DNA of 64,000 nt from Phyllobates terribilis (GCF_046119375.1 NW_027362762.1:801660001-801724000); one strand, 5' to 3'; counted from the stretch's first letter, positions 12,592-25,813 are shown. The notes: generated from the sequence alone by a model not told the origin. Numbers and translations: made by a program.

Positions 12592-12943
12592 CCCATCGGG
12601 GCTTGTGTCTGAGCCCTCCGCAAAACGGGATTCAGATGTATGCACCAATGGGCCATAGACTATAATGGTGCCAACAAATTGGACGTGCGCTCTGTTGTGC
12701 ATCCTTTTCGGGCGTGTACGCCTACTGGAGATGGACACTCAGATGTAGTAGACGCGTCTGAGTGTCCGTCTCCAGTAGGCGTACAAGCCCTAAAATGATG
12801 CGCGACAGCGCACGTCCAATCTGTTGGCACCATTATAGTCTATGGCCCCTTGGTGCATACATCTGAATCCCGTTTTGCGGAGGGCTCAGACACAAGCCCC
12901 GATGGGCCACTGAACGAGTGCAGTGCAATGTGAAAGCAGCCTT
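12592..12943. mobile_element. Palindromic MITE with its left end truncated; related half copy at about 35111-35236
   Basis: CCCATCGGGGCTTGTGTCTGAGCCC...GGGCTCAGACACAAGCCCCGATGGG. The right end AATGTGAAAGCAGCCTTAG is shared with the 35-kb fragment. Confidence 0.8.
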
Positions 12944-13166
12944 AGAAATATATGGATAAACTAACAACTGGGTGTTACCATTTGCCTTGTTTAAGTAGTG
13001 TGTCTCGACACATTCGATTAGCACTGCGCAGTCAGTGTAAAGGCTCATTCACACTTCAGATTTTCTCATACAAGTAATATTCACGTTTTTCACATGTTAG
13101 GCCACGTTCACACGTCCAAACTCAGTCATTTGTAGTGAGCGTGGAAGATACTGTCCTCCATTTAAA

Positions 13167-15897
13167 ATGGGTAAGGCACGTGGCAAGGGACGGGGAACTG
13201 GACTTGATGGTGATGGTGCATGCAGAGGCCGAGGACAAGGCCTTGGGTTAGCCGAAATTGTGCCACAAAAAACACCCACATCTTCTCGCCTGACCTTCCT
13301 GTCCCAATTTCTAGGGGACCGCAGCACACCACTATTGAACTAAGAGCAGTGTCAAAAGGTTGCTGCTTGGATAGCGGATAATGCTTCCAGTCACTTAGCC
13401 ACCACCACCCTGTCTTCCACACGGTCAAATCTCAGTAGCCGTGAGTCTGGACTGCATATTCCTCACCCTGATCCTCCTTCCTCCCACCATGCCGAGTACC
13501 CAGAGACAACTGATCCCACATTTGGACCCTCTGAAGAGCTGTTCACTTTTCCATTTATAGATTCGGGCCTCTCGCCCGGTCCACTTGAAGCGGGGCAAGA
13601 GGAGATCGCATGTAGCGATGCCCAAATATTTGAGCAGCCACGGTCACACGAAAGCGACGGTGGGAAAGTGTCAGAAGAGGTGGACGATGATGAGACACAA
13701 TTGCCAGAAAGTCAGGAGGAGGACCAGGGTGCGGAAGTGGAAGATGAGGTGGTGGATGATATAGTAACTGACCCAACCTGGCAGGAGGACATGCAGAGCG
13801 AGGACAGCAGCATACAGGGGGAGGGAGGCAGAGCACCCCAACAGGCATGAAGAAGCAGTGTGGTGGCTGCAGAAAGAAGGCAGGCAACCGTTCCCTGTAA
13901 CACCAACACGAAGGAAGTTGCCAGTACAACTTTTAGGTCTTCCCGAGTCTGGTTGTTTTTTAAAGACTCTGACGATAACCTCATACAGGACATTTGCACC
14001 ACATACCAGGCCAGCATCAGCAGGGGTGGCAAAACGACCAGCCTGACCACCACCAGCATGATCAGGCACATGGCAGCAAAGCTCCTGACTTTGTGGGCCG
14101 AACCCCAGGGTCCAGGAACAGTGTCTGTGGGTGGCACCATTGCTTCTTTCACTGTTGTGCATGCAAGCCAATCCCCTGTCCATGGTGCATGCGAAGACGC
14201 CTCCTGCCCTGCACCTGTCGTTGCACACTCTCAAGTAGCAGCATAAGGAAGCACGTCCATGTCCTTGTCCTAGTGCAGCGTTCAGTTGTCTATTCCCCAG
14301 TCCTTGGAATGCAAGCGCAAATATGCAGCCAACGCCCCACAGGCCACACTACTAAATTCCCACATTTCACGACTGCTTGCGCTCGAAATGTTGCATTTTA
14401 GGCTCGTAGAGACGGAAGCATTCCGCAACCTGATGGCGGCGGCTGTCCCTCGGTACTCGGTTCCCAGCCGCCACTCTTTCTCCCGGTGTGCCGTCCCCAC
14501 ATTACACAAGCACGTGTCCCAAAACATTAGCCGTGCTCTCAACAACGCAGTTACCGGTAAAGTCCACCTAACCACGGACACGTGGACAAGTGCTTGTGGG
14601 CAGGGACGGTACATCTCGCTGATGGCACACTGGGTTAACATAGTGGAAGCCGGGACCCAGTCGGACCTTGGGTCGAAACATGTCCTCCTGACGCCAAGGA
14701 TTGCGGGCCCTAGATCAATCAGCGTTGCCCCCACAGTCTACAGCTCCTGCACCTCATCCTCCTCAGCCTCCTCCTCCTCTTCAGCCTCCATCTCCGAAAT
14801 GACCACATCAGTCACAAGCTGGAAGCACTGCAGCACTGCCTTGGCCAAGCGGCAACAGGCTGTGCTGAAGCTAATATGCTTAGGTGAAAAACCGCACAAT
14901 GCTGAAGAGTTGTGGACAGCTCTGAAAGAGCAGGCAGATCTGTGGGTCACACCGCTGAACCTACAGCCAGAAATGGTCGTATGTGACAATGGCTGCAACC
15001 TGGTGGCGGCTCTGAGGCGAGGCGAGCTCACACACGTACCATGCCTGGCCCATGTGCTTAACCTCGTGGTTCAGCGGTTTCTCAAATCCTACCCGGAGCT
15101 GCTGGATCTGCTTGTTTAAGTACGCCAAACCTACAAAAGACAAAAAATATCTCATACCCTACCATCATTATATATAAATGTAAAGCAAAGTTGCATATGA
15201 AATATAGGGTACTTAGTGAACTATTTTTGATCAAAAAAAGTATACAAGCCGTCCCACCAGCGACAAGGTGACCCTAAATTGGGACAGTCCTACACTGTCT
15301 ATATTAAAAACCTTACTGTATATCAAAGTTGAAGTGATGCATATAAAAGGGTAGACAAATAGAACCGGGTCCCAATATCAGACCACCCAAGCCCGTGGTA
15401 AGCTACATATATACTAACCCGCTCAACAAGGGGGATGCCACACCCCTAATTTGCACAGAATGCATGTGTACCATCTTAGACCTCAGTTCACATTGCTTGG
15501 TTTTTTGTATACTTTTTTTGATCAAAAATAGTTCACTAAGTACCCTATATTTCATACGCGGGGTACTCTCACAAGGAGTGCAAAGTTTGGGAAGATGCTA
15601 AGGGAGTACCTTGCCGACCGTACCAACGTCCTCCGTAATTCCTCTGTGACTTATAATTATTGGGTATGCAAGCTGGATACGTGGAATGAACTGACTCTCT
15701 ATGCCTTGGAGGTCCTGGCATGCCCTGCCGCCAGCGTTTTATCAGAGTGGGTTTTTAGTGCCACTTGTGGAATTTTAACTGATTAACGCATCCGCCTGTC
15801 AACTGAAAATGCTGACAGGCTAGTTCTTATATAAATGAACAAGGGCTGGATTGGGCCAGACTTCTTAACGCCACTGAATGATAGCAGCATAACATAA
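13167..15897 (+). pseudogene. hAT (Ac/ZBED-like) transposase pseudogene
   Basis: Starts MGKARGK, followed by an acidic N-terminus and a degenerate BED finger (SSRVWLFF...SMIRHM). Catalytic motifs VHLTTDTWTS, VVCDNGCNL and CLAHVLNLVVQ are present, as is the C-terminal YALEVLACPAASVLSE dimerisation motif. Several stops and frameshifts; the centre is deleted. Confidence 0.9.
15193..15559. repeat. Insert bounded by 55-bp inverted repeats inside the hAT transposase
   Basis: 15193-15247 and 15505-15559 are reverse complements at 54 of 55 positions. Confidence 0.85.
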
Positions 15898-16984
15898 ACT
15901 CAAATCCAGTGTCTTTTTTTGGGAGGTGTATTCCCACGCACCTCTTCACACCCACACATGGGTATGCGCTTCCTTATTTTGGCTATTTGCTCTTTTCCTC
16001 CTCCTTCTCCTCATCCTCCACCACCATATCACCAGGGTGACCGTGGTCCGTGATGCAACACCCACGTAATTTTTTTAAAGGGTGTTTATGATGCCCGTGA
16101 AAATTTTTCTCTATACAGTATGTTCATCTATACCCCCCCGGAGTAAATGTTTGTCAGCCCATACACTTAGTGCATTGGAATTACAAGTATAGGAGGCCCG
16201 CTCCTTTCTAATGGGAACATTTTTTTTATGAGGCCCTCCTCCACGTCTCTTCCAAGGGGCATTGAAGTGCCTCCAAATTTTTGGCAGCCCTTGCATTCAC
16301 TGCATAGGCCAACACTATGGGAGACTCTCTCCTTTCTCATGGGAATTTGTCGTTACTGTGGCCCTGCTCTGTGTGTCTTTAAATTCTTAGTGGGGTTTTT
16401 CCTAAAATTGGTCAGCCGTTGGACTCACTGCATACCCTATAACTGTATAGAAAACCCTCTCCTTTCTAATGGGAACATGTCGTACCTTGTTACTGTGGCC
16501 CTGCTCTATGTTTCTTTAAATTCTTAGTGGGGTTTTTCCCAAATTTTGGCAGCCCTTGTAGTCACAGCATGGGCATTACCAATATAGGAGAGCCGCTTCT
16601 TTATAATGGGAACATTTTTTTTACTGAGACCCTCCTCTATGTCTCTTCAAAGTGGTATTGGGTTGCGTCCAAATTTTTGGCAGCCCTTGCAGTCACTGGA
16701 TATGCAATAACAGTATAGGAATAGTAAGGGCCATCTGATGTCCCTGTAAAAATAGGTTTTATGACTTTCAAAGTCCCTAAAGCATAAATAAAAAAGGATG
16801 TGTCTGATGATGTGTCACACACCACATTGCCAGATAAGGTTGTAAAATGTTAAAATGACCTATCCCGGTGAATGCATTTGTCTTAAAAAATAACGTAAAA
16901 AAACCAAAACAATAGGATCTTTCTTTAGTATAAAAAACAGCGTCACCAATTTAACCTCAATGTAATCACATTGTTCAGCTCATG

Positions 16985-18505
16985 CTCCTCCTCTTCCATC
17001 TCCGAAATGATCACATCAGTCAGAAGCTGACAGCACTGCAGCACTGCCTTGGCCAAGCGGCAACAAGCTGTGCTGAAGATAACATACTTAATGCTTAATT
17101 GACATACCGCCCAGCGCTGCAGAGTTGTTGAAAGTTGTAACACAGCAGCCTGATCTGTGGCTCTCACCGCTGAACATACAGCCAGGCATGGTCGTGTGTG
17201 ACAATGGGCGGAACCTGGTGATAGAGAAATGACATCCGGGGTAGATACAGTTTCCCTCTATGCCAGTCCTTTCACCGAGCTAAAGAATATGGCTGTGGTG
17301 AAATACAACTCCCACTGAGAAGTTGTTTCAGATTGAAAAACGTGCCCATCAGAGGATTTGATTCTGAGGGCTAACCTTTCTCACCCGCTCAAGAGCAGCT
17401 GCAAAGTTAGCGCTATCATGAATTCTCCTGAGGTAGAAGCCAAGGCACACCAGAGGATTCTCTGGTGGGACCGTCCAACCCTGCCGAGAAGCAGTCCTGG
17501 CTAAGAAAAGTGTGTGGGAAGGTTCCCGGACACTCTATGGCTGCTTTTTAACTGAGGAGGAAACGCACGCAAACACGGGGAGAACATACAAAGTCCTTGC
17601 AGATGTTGTCCTTGCTGGGATTTGAACACAGGATCCCAGCGCTGCAAGGCTTCAGTACTAACCACTGATCCAATGTGCTGCCGTTCACCCTCTAATATCT
17701 AACAGGCTGGAGAAACTTGCACCTACTGCCACTCTATCTTCAGCTCCTTTGTGAGAAAATGTATTTGGGCAGCCACTCAGTCTACCAAATAAAATTCCTG
17801 AAAAGCAAATTGGGGATGGCTTCGCTACTGGTACTGGGGGCAGTGCTAATACCATGGCGTCGTACCATAGTTTGCTGGAAATATTCCAGGCTGGTAGTAG
17901 GCAAGTAAATTCCCACAGAAAAGTACCAGCAGTAATGTTCAGTCCACATTTCAAGTGCAAGCAGCTTAAGAGGACTTCCTGGGAGAAATGACACGCAGGG
18001 TAGATACGGTTTCCCTCTATGCCAGTCCTTTCACCGAGCTAAATACAACTCTTAGCAAAAAAAGTTGTGGACTGGCTCCATACCGTCCCTGGCCACAGTC
18101 ACCTGTCCACGTGTTTGTGGTTAGGCGGTCCTTCCCAGTAAGTGCATCGGGGAGGGCGCTTGTAATGTTGTGGAACCCGTGCATGTGGAAGGCTTAGGCG
18201 ATACCGGGAAATATAGTGGCGGCTGGGGACCGAGTATGGACTCCCGGCCGCCGCCAGCATGAGGTTGTGAAAAGCTTTCGCCTCCACGAGCCTTAAAGGC
18301 CACATTTCAAGTGCAAGCAGCTGTCAAAAATTTGGCAGTATAGTATTGCAGCCTGTGGGTGGGTGGGTGGCTGCCTGCATACTTGCGCTTGCATTCCAAG
18401 GAATGGGGTAGGGACAACTGAACACTGCAGTGGGACAAGGACGTGGACGGTGATTGTTGCAAGTCTGCAACGACAGGTGCATGGCGGGAGGCATCTTCGC
18501 ATGCG
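16985..18505. mobile_element. Patchwork of reshuffled hAT transposase fragments in both orientations
   Basis: 16985-17220 matches 14790-15010 in + orientation and 18060-18505 matches the transposase in - orientation. Short duplications occur at 17223/17982 and 17945/18300. Confidence 0.7.
17555..17682 (-). mobile_element. 5' fragment of the same V-SINE-like family
   Basis: Colinear with 10860-10985. Confidence 0.8.
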
Positions 18506-18609
18506 CCAAGGATCACTTATGATGGGCACACTTTTAGGCAGTGACCTGGGAGTCAGAGATGCTTCCAGAGGTCTTCCCCATGCTGTTCCCATGTCTTTTC
18601 AGCACTGTA

Positions 18610-19186
18610 TGCATGTGTCTGATGATATGTCACACACCACATGGCCAGATAAAGTTGTAAAATGTTAAAATGACATTTCCTGGTGAATGCATTTGTCACA
18701 GTTGAGAGCAATTCAAAAGTGCAAAAACACATCAAAAACGCTACGTGTGAACATAGCCCAAGTTGTGGAGGAGAATTTTTGTTTTTGGTTATTTATTTTG
18801 CCTTATATACAAGTCATTACCCTGTAAAGGATGTTCCTTAACATATTTCCCTGGAAAATCCATTTTGGTTTCGTTTTTGTATGTTTTATTGTGAGTCCGT
18901 AAAAGTGGCGTAATACTCCGACCACGTTGCTGACAGCAGTGATCTGGGAGTCAGAGATACTTCCAGGGGTCTTCCCCATGCTGTTCTCATGTCATTTGAG
19001 AACTGTTCCCATCGATTTCGGCAATTTTTAGGCCGTCTGCAGACCGCCGGGGGGAGCCGCCTGAAAAATGCTCGAGTTTCCCATAGACTTACATTGGGTT
19101 CGTTGCTCGGGTCGAGCACCCGAGTATTCCAATGTGCTCGACCCGAGCAACGAGTACCCAAGCATTTTAGTGCTCGCTCATCACAA
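18610..19186 (+). mobile_element. hAT 3' terminal segment ending in a TIR (GCTCGCTCATCACAA)
   Basis: Reverse complement of 19218-19790. Confidence 0.8.
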
Positions 19187-19217
19187 GTCATTAGTGTTGA
19201 GCGCAAGTTCTCGCTAC

Positions 19218-22200
19218 TAGTGATGAGCGAGCACTAAAATGCTCAGGTACTCATTGCTCGGGTCGAGCAAATTGCAATACTCAGGTGCTCGACCCGAGCA
19301 ATGAGCCCAATGGAAGTCTATGGGAAACTCGAGCATTTTTCAGGCGGCTCCCCTTGGCGGTCTGCAGAGGGCCTAAAAATTTCCCAAATCGATGGAAACA
19401 GCGCTCAAATGACATGGGAACAGCATGGGGAAGACCCCTGGAAGCATTTCTGACTCCCAGGTAACTGCTGTCCACAACGTTGTCAGAGTATTACGCCACT
19501 TTTACAGACTCACAATAAAACATACAAAAACGAAACCAAAATGGATTTTCCTGGGAAATATGTTAAGGAACATCCTTTCCAGGGTAATGACTTGTACACA
19601 AGGCAAAATAAATAACCCAAGGTGTGGAGGAGTATTTGGTTATGTTCACACGTAGCGTTTTTGATGCGTTTTGTACTTATGCATTGCTTTCAACCAAGAC
19701 AAATGCATTCACTGGGAAATGTCATTTTAACATTTTACAACCTTATCTGACCATGTGGTGTGTGACACATCATCAGACACATCCTGTTTCATTTATGATG
19801 GAGGGACTCTGAAAGTCACAAAGCCTATTTTTATAGGGCCATTAGGCGGCCCTTACTATTCCTAAAGGGCCAGCAGTCGGCCCCCGCTATTGTTAGAGAG
19901 CCATCAGCCGGCTATGCTTTGTTGTTCCCATTATTAACAAGTGGGTCTCCTTTACTCTTATTGCGTATGCAGTGACTGCAAGGGCTTCCAAAAATTTGCA
20001 CGCAACCCAATTCCCCTTTAAAGAGACATAGAGGAGGGTCTCAGTAAAAAAAATGTTCCCATTATAAAGGAGCGTGTCTCCTATAGTGGTAATGCCCTTG
20101 CTGTGACTGCAAGGGCTGACAAAATTTGGGAAAAACCCCACTAAGAATTTAAAGACACATAGAGCAGGGCCACAGTAACGACAAATTCCCATAAGAAAGG
20201 AGAGAGTCTGCTATACAGTTATAGGGTATGCAGTGAGTCCAACGGCTGACCAATTTTAGGAAAAACCCCACTAAGAATTTAAAGACACATAGAGCAGGGC
20301 CACAGTAACAACAAATTCTCATTAGAAAGGAGAGAGTCTCCCATAGTGTTGGCCTATGCAGTGAATGCAAAGGCTGCCAAAAATTTGGAGGCACTCCAAT
20401 GACCCTTGGAAGAGACTTAGAGGGCCTCATAAAAAAATATTCCAATTAGAAAGGAGTGTATGGGCTGACAAACATTTACCCCTGGGGGATATACATGAAC
20501 ATACTGTATAATTTTTTTTTTTTTTTATGGGCATCATAAACACCCTTTAAAAAAATTATGTGGGTGTTGCATCACAGACCACGGTCACCCTGGTGATATG
20601 GTGGTGGAGGAGGAGGAGGAAAAGAGCAGATAGCCAAAATAAGGAAGCGTATACCCATGTGTGGGTGTGAAGAGGTGCGTGGGAATACACCTCCCAAAAA
20701 AGACAGAGTTTGTTACGCTGCTATCATTCAGTTGTGCTGAGAAGTCTGGCCCAATCCAGCCCTTGTTCATTTTTATAAGAGTCAGCCTGTCAGCATTTTC
20801 AGTTGACAGGCGGATGCGCTTAACAGTTATAATTCCATCAGTGGCACTAAAAACACTCTCTGATAAAACACTAGCGGCAGGGCAGCCCAGGACCTCCAAG
20901 GCGTAGAGAGCCAGTTCATTGCACGTATCAAGCTTGGATACCCAATAATTAAAAGGCACAGAGGAATCACGGAGGATGTTGGTACGGTCGGCAAGGTACT
21001 CTAAGCATCTTCCCAAACTTTGCACTCCTTGTGAGAGTATCCCGCACCTGAGGGCCTGTGCGATGCGAGGGTCTGAGAAAACTGTCCCAGAACTTTGACA
21101 GTGTTCCCCTGCCTCTGCTGGATTGCATTTGTGTCTCTCTAACCTGTACTCCTTGTTTGTCCAACGAACTGTGATCTCTGCCGCCAGCGTTTTCAGATGG
21201 GAATTTTTTTAATAGTTCCGCAACAAGGGCCTTCTGATACTGCCCCATTTTTGTAGACCTCTCCGCCTCAGGAATAAGAGACATAAAGTTCTCCTTGTAG
21301 CATGGGTCTAGAAGTGTCACCAACCAGTAATGACTGTCACCCAAAATTTTGTGAACGCGAGGGTCATGGGAAAGGCTGCCTAACATAAACTCAGCCATGC
21401 GTACCAGACTGCTAACAGACAAGACTTCCGTGTCCTCACCAAGAGGATGACTGACCATGCTCTCCTCCTCCTCCTCCTCTCTGTCCTCTGGCCATCCACG
21501 CTGAACAGACGGTATGACAGTTGGGCAGGTAGTACCGTCTATAGCGCATGAAACTAGCTCCTGTTCTTCCTCCTCCTCTTCCTCCTCCTTTTCCTCATTG
21601 TCACCCAATCCATGTTGGGATGAGATGAGGCTTGGCTGTGTGTAATCACCCTGTATGGTTCCTTGCTCCATCTCATCGTGCTCCACCTACAATGATTCAT
21701 CCTTGATTGTGAGCAGAGAGCGTTTCAGAAGACAGAGAAGCGGGATGGTGACGCTAATTATGGCGTCACCTCTGCTCACCGTCTTGTGGAGTCTTCAAAG
21801 TTTTGGAGGATGGTACATATGTCTGACATCCATGTCCACTCCTGAGGTCTTGTATGTGGAGTCTGATCTGAATACCGACGGCCTTGTTGATGCTGGTACT
21901 CAACAACTGCCCTCTTCTGCTCACAAATCCTTCCCAACATCTGCAGTGTAGAGTTCCAACGCATGGGGACATCACACACCAGTCTGTGAGCCGGAAGCTG
22001 CAAACGCTGCTGAAACACGGCAAGGGCGGCGGAAGCTGTAGGTGACTTTCCAAAATGGGCACACAGGCGGCGTACATTAACAAGCAGATCTGGCAGCTCC
22101 GGGTAGGATTTGAGAAACCGCTGAACCACGAGGTTAAGCACATGGGCCAGGCATGGTACATGTGTAAGCTCACCTCGCCTCAGAGCCGCCACCAGGTTGC

Positions 22201-24020
22201 AGCCATTGTCACACACTACCATACCTGGCTGTAGGTTCAGCGGTGTGAGCCACAGATCTGCCTGCTCTTTCAGAGCTGTCCACAACTCTTCAGCATTGTG
22301 CGGTTTTTCACCTAAGCATATTAGCTTCAGCACAGCCTGTTGCCGCTTGGCCGGGGCAGTGCTTCCAGCTTGTGACTGATGTGGTCATTTCGGAGATGGA
22401 GGCTGAAGAGGAGGAGGAGGCTGAGGAGGATGAGGTGCAGGAGCTGTAGACTGTGGGGGCAACCCTGCTTGACCTAGGGCCCACAATCCTCTGCGTCGGG
22501 AGGACGTGTTCCGTCCCAAGGTCCGACTGGGTCCTTGCTTCCAGTATGTTAACTCAGTGTGCCATCAGCGAGATGTACCGTCCCTGCCCACAAGCACTTG
22601 TTCACGTGCCCGTGGTTAGGTGGACTTTCCTGGTAACTGCGTTGTTGAGTGCACGGCTAATGTTTTGGGACACGTGCTTGTGTGATGCGGGGACGGCACA
22701 CCGGGAGAAATAGTGGCGGCTGGGGACCGAGTACCGAGGGACGGCCGCTGCCATCAGGTTGTGGAATTCTTCCGTCTCCACAAGCCTAAAAGGCAACATT
22801 TCGAGCGCAAGCAGTCGTGAAATGTGGGAATTTAGTAGTGTGGCCTGTGGGGCGTTGGCTGCATATTTGTGCTTGCGTTCCAAGGACTGGGGTATGGACA
22901 ACTGAACTCTGCGCTGGGACAAGGACAAGGACATGGACGTGCTTCCTGATGCTGCTACTTGAGAGTGTGCAATGACAGGTCAAGGGCAGAAGGCATCTTC
23001 GCATGCACCATGGACAGGAGATTGGCTTGCATGCACAACAGTGGAAGAAGCAATGGTGCCACCCGGAGACACTGTTCCTGGACCCTGGGCTTCGGCCGAC
23101 AAAGTCGGATGCTTTGCTGCCATGTGCCTGATCATGCTGGTGGTGGGTAGGCTGGTCGTTTTGCCACGTGCCTTGCCCATTTTAAATGTAGGACAATATC
23201 TTCCACGCTCACAACAAATGACTGAATTTGGAGCGAACTTATATGTGATCCATGTGACGGACAACTCACAGTTTTAAATACTTGGTCTATAGGTAACTAT
23301 TTTGAAGACCAATCTGGTGTCAATTGCTTCACTGACACACTGAAACAAATTTTTAATGGAGGTCAGAAATGGCAGTATTTTCTGAAAACGTATATGTGAT
23401 CCATGTGACGGAGAAAACACAGTTTTAAATAGCTGGATTTTTAGCGCTGTAATATGGAAAGGATCTGGCTGTATTCTGCAGTGCCAACAAGCAAATGGAG
23501 CAGAAAAACTGTTCTCTGGATTGCTTTTTAAGCAAATAATGAGGATTAAGATCCAAAAAAAAATTATTCCTGAGACCTGGGCCTATTTCTAGAAATATAA
23601 CAGCAGCAGCAGACAGAACTGGAGTGGAGCCTCCTGTGCTATATGCACTGCAGTCTGCTATATACCCTGCCTATATACACTGCCTGCCTGATATCTCTGC
23701 AGATGGATTAGTCCTCAGAAGGACTGTTTGTTGAGATGGATATGTGTCTCTAATATAGTTTGGTATACTTACACGAACTAGAAACAACCAAATCTCTTCC
23801 TAGCTCAGCAGCAGCTCTCCCTACACTGTCTGATTCCGGAGTGACTGTGACGAGCATGGCGGCGCCAGGAATGATATATCTAAAGAGCGCCAAACATACA
23901 GGGAGGAGACCCGAGCTCCCGCCGAGCAACCCCGGAAATATTCGGCGAGCGCTGAGCATGTCGAGCAGTGAGATGCTCTGGCGGGCACCGAGCAGTAGCA
24001 AACATGCTTGCTCATCACTA
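19218..24020 (-). mobile_element. Decayed hAT transposon, copy B, with both TIRs
   Basis: TAGTGATGAGCGAGCAC at 19218 and GCTTGCTCATCACTA ending at 24020, with transposase remnants on the minus strand. Confidence 0.85.
20712..23180 (-). pseudogene. hAT transposase pseudogene, copy B
   Basis: ORF pieces 22602-22934, 21776-22333 (VVCDNG, CLAHVLNL, DVPMRWNST), 20967-21686 and 20585-21025 (CPAASVLSE). Frameshifted. Confidence 0.9.
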
Positions 24021-24956
24021 CTTGAGTTGCGTCGGGTGCTCTGGTACGCACCGAGTATCGCGGGTGCTCGAGTGACATGCTCATGTCACCGCCCAGCATG
24101 TTTCGCAGCTGTTAGACATCCAGAAAAACCAAGTGGGAATTGCCCTTGTATGGCAGGCAATTCCCGCATGTTTTTTTGGTTGTCTAACAACTGCGAAACA
24201 TGCAGGGCGGAGACTCGAGCATGTCACTCGAGCACCCCCAATACTCTGAGCACCCGATGCAAACTCGAGTTGCGAGCACTTGCAATCATCACTAGTCGTC
24301 ATATTGTGTTCATTTTTTTTTTACTTTAAAAAAAACCCTAAGCCCTACCACTTAACCCAACCCTAAGCCCTACCTCTTAGCCCAACGCTAACCCTAACTG
24401 AAAAAAATAAAAATGATAAAATAATAAAAAAAAAAATCTAACTAAGGGGATGACATGGGGGTGATATACTAATTATTTGCTTTTGATCACTGTGATAGGG
24501 TCTATCACACTGATCAAAATGAACCAATAGGAAAAATGCCTCTGCTGTTGCCGGGTACCAGCCAGCAGATATCGGCGGGCACACTACGAATGCGTCCATC
24601 ATTTTTTATTTATTTTCTTTTGGGAAGATGACGCAGAGGGCCTGGGGACGGATCATGAGGTCCGGGGTATGGCGGAGGTACCGGGAGTGCTCGGGGGACA
24701 TATCATGTCAGAAGAGAGAGAAATTATTTTAACAGCGGGCACAGTTTTTTTTTTTTTGTGTTGTGGACTGGAAAATCCGGCTCTGATCATGTTCTCCAGA
24801 GTCTCAGCTACCCCCGGTAACTGAGACCTCAGAGATATTTGGACTCTGGGGGGCGCTATAGCCTTATTACCTATCGCCGTTTTAAAATGGCAATGAGGGA
24901 ATAAGGCCCCTTAGTGGCTGCCGTTTTAATGCATATCGGCGGCGTTAAGGGTTTAA

Positions 24957-25813
24957 AGGGAACCTGTCACCAGGTTTTTCCCCATATAACCTATGGCCAC
25001 CACCTTTCAGCCCTTTGTTACAGCATTCTGGAATGCTATATATAACTCTCCAGGCTGCCCTGCAAAACAAAAAAGACCTTTTATTATACTCACCTATGGG
25101 GCGGCCTGGTCCGATGGGCGTCTCTGGTCTAGGTTCGGCACCACCTCTCTTCTTGCGATGTCGTCCTCCTTCTCTGCTTCGTTTGGATGACGCGTCCTAT
25201 GTCATCCACACAGTGTTCCCCATCGCTCGCCTGTGCAGACGCACCTCCCTTTGCTCTGTTGAGGGCAGAGTAAAGTACTGTTCTGCGCTTGTGTTGAGAA
25301 AGGCCAAAGAGTGCCGGTACATGTTCACTAGAGAACTTTTCTCTGACTCAGCAAGGTAGAGAAGTATGCCTGAGCAGGAGCGCAATTTAGGACACTGTAT
25401 GGATGACGTAGGACATGTCATCCACACGAAGCAGAGAATGAGGCTGGCATCGCAAGAAGAGAGGAGGCGCCAGATCAAGACCAGCGACGCCCATCGGACC
25501 GGAGCGTGCCATAGGTGAGTATAATATAAGGGGTTTTTTTTGTTTTGCAGGGTGGCTTGGAGACTTATATACAGCGTTATAGAACACTGTAACATTGGTC
25601 TTGTGAGACCTGTTCCGACTTCGCCCCTTCTGTGATTAGCACCTCACTGTCTATAGCTATATGCATGAGAGCCTGGTGTGGGCGGGGTTAGCTTTCTCAG
25701 CTCTGCTGCATTGCTAAATCTAAAAACTCTGATTGTGTCAGAAGGGCTGCACCCAGTATACTAAGCGATACTGCTCTCAGATGAAATAGCAAAAAATTGC
25801 TGACCGATTCCCT
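24957..25813. mobile_element. TTAA-flanked T2/Kolobok-type MITE
   Basis: TTAA-AGGGAACCTGTCA...GATTCCCT-TTAA with internal inverted arms (about 25010-25230 vs 25390-25590). Confidence 0.8.

Larger units (their letters stand above)
13115..16880 (+). mobile_element. Decayed hAT transposon, copy A (5' end truncated)
   Basis: Transposase remnants plus a 3' non-coding region colinear with the inverted copy B at 19690-23230. Confidence 0.88.
19192..24294. mobile_element. About 300-bp hAT MITE split by hAT copy B (parts 19192-19217 and 24021-24294)
   Basis: The left stub TAGTGTTGAGCGCAAGTTCTCGCTAC continues as (C)TTGAGTTGCGTCGGGTGCTC after copy B. This mirrors the intact right end GAGCACCCGATGCAAACTCGAGTTGCGAGCACTTGCAATCATCACTA. 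Confidence 0.7.
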
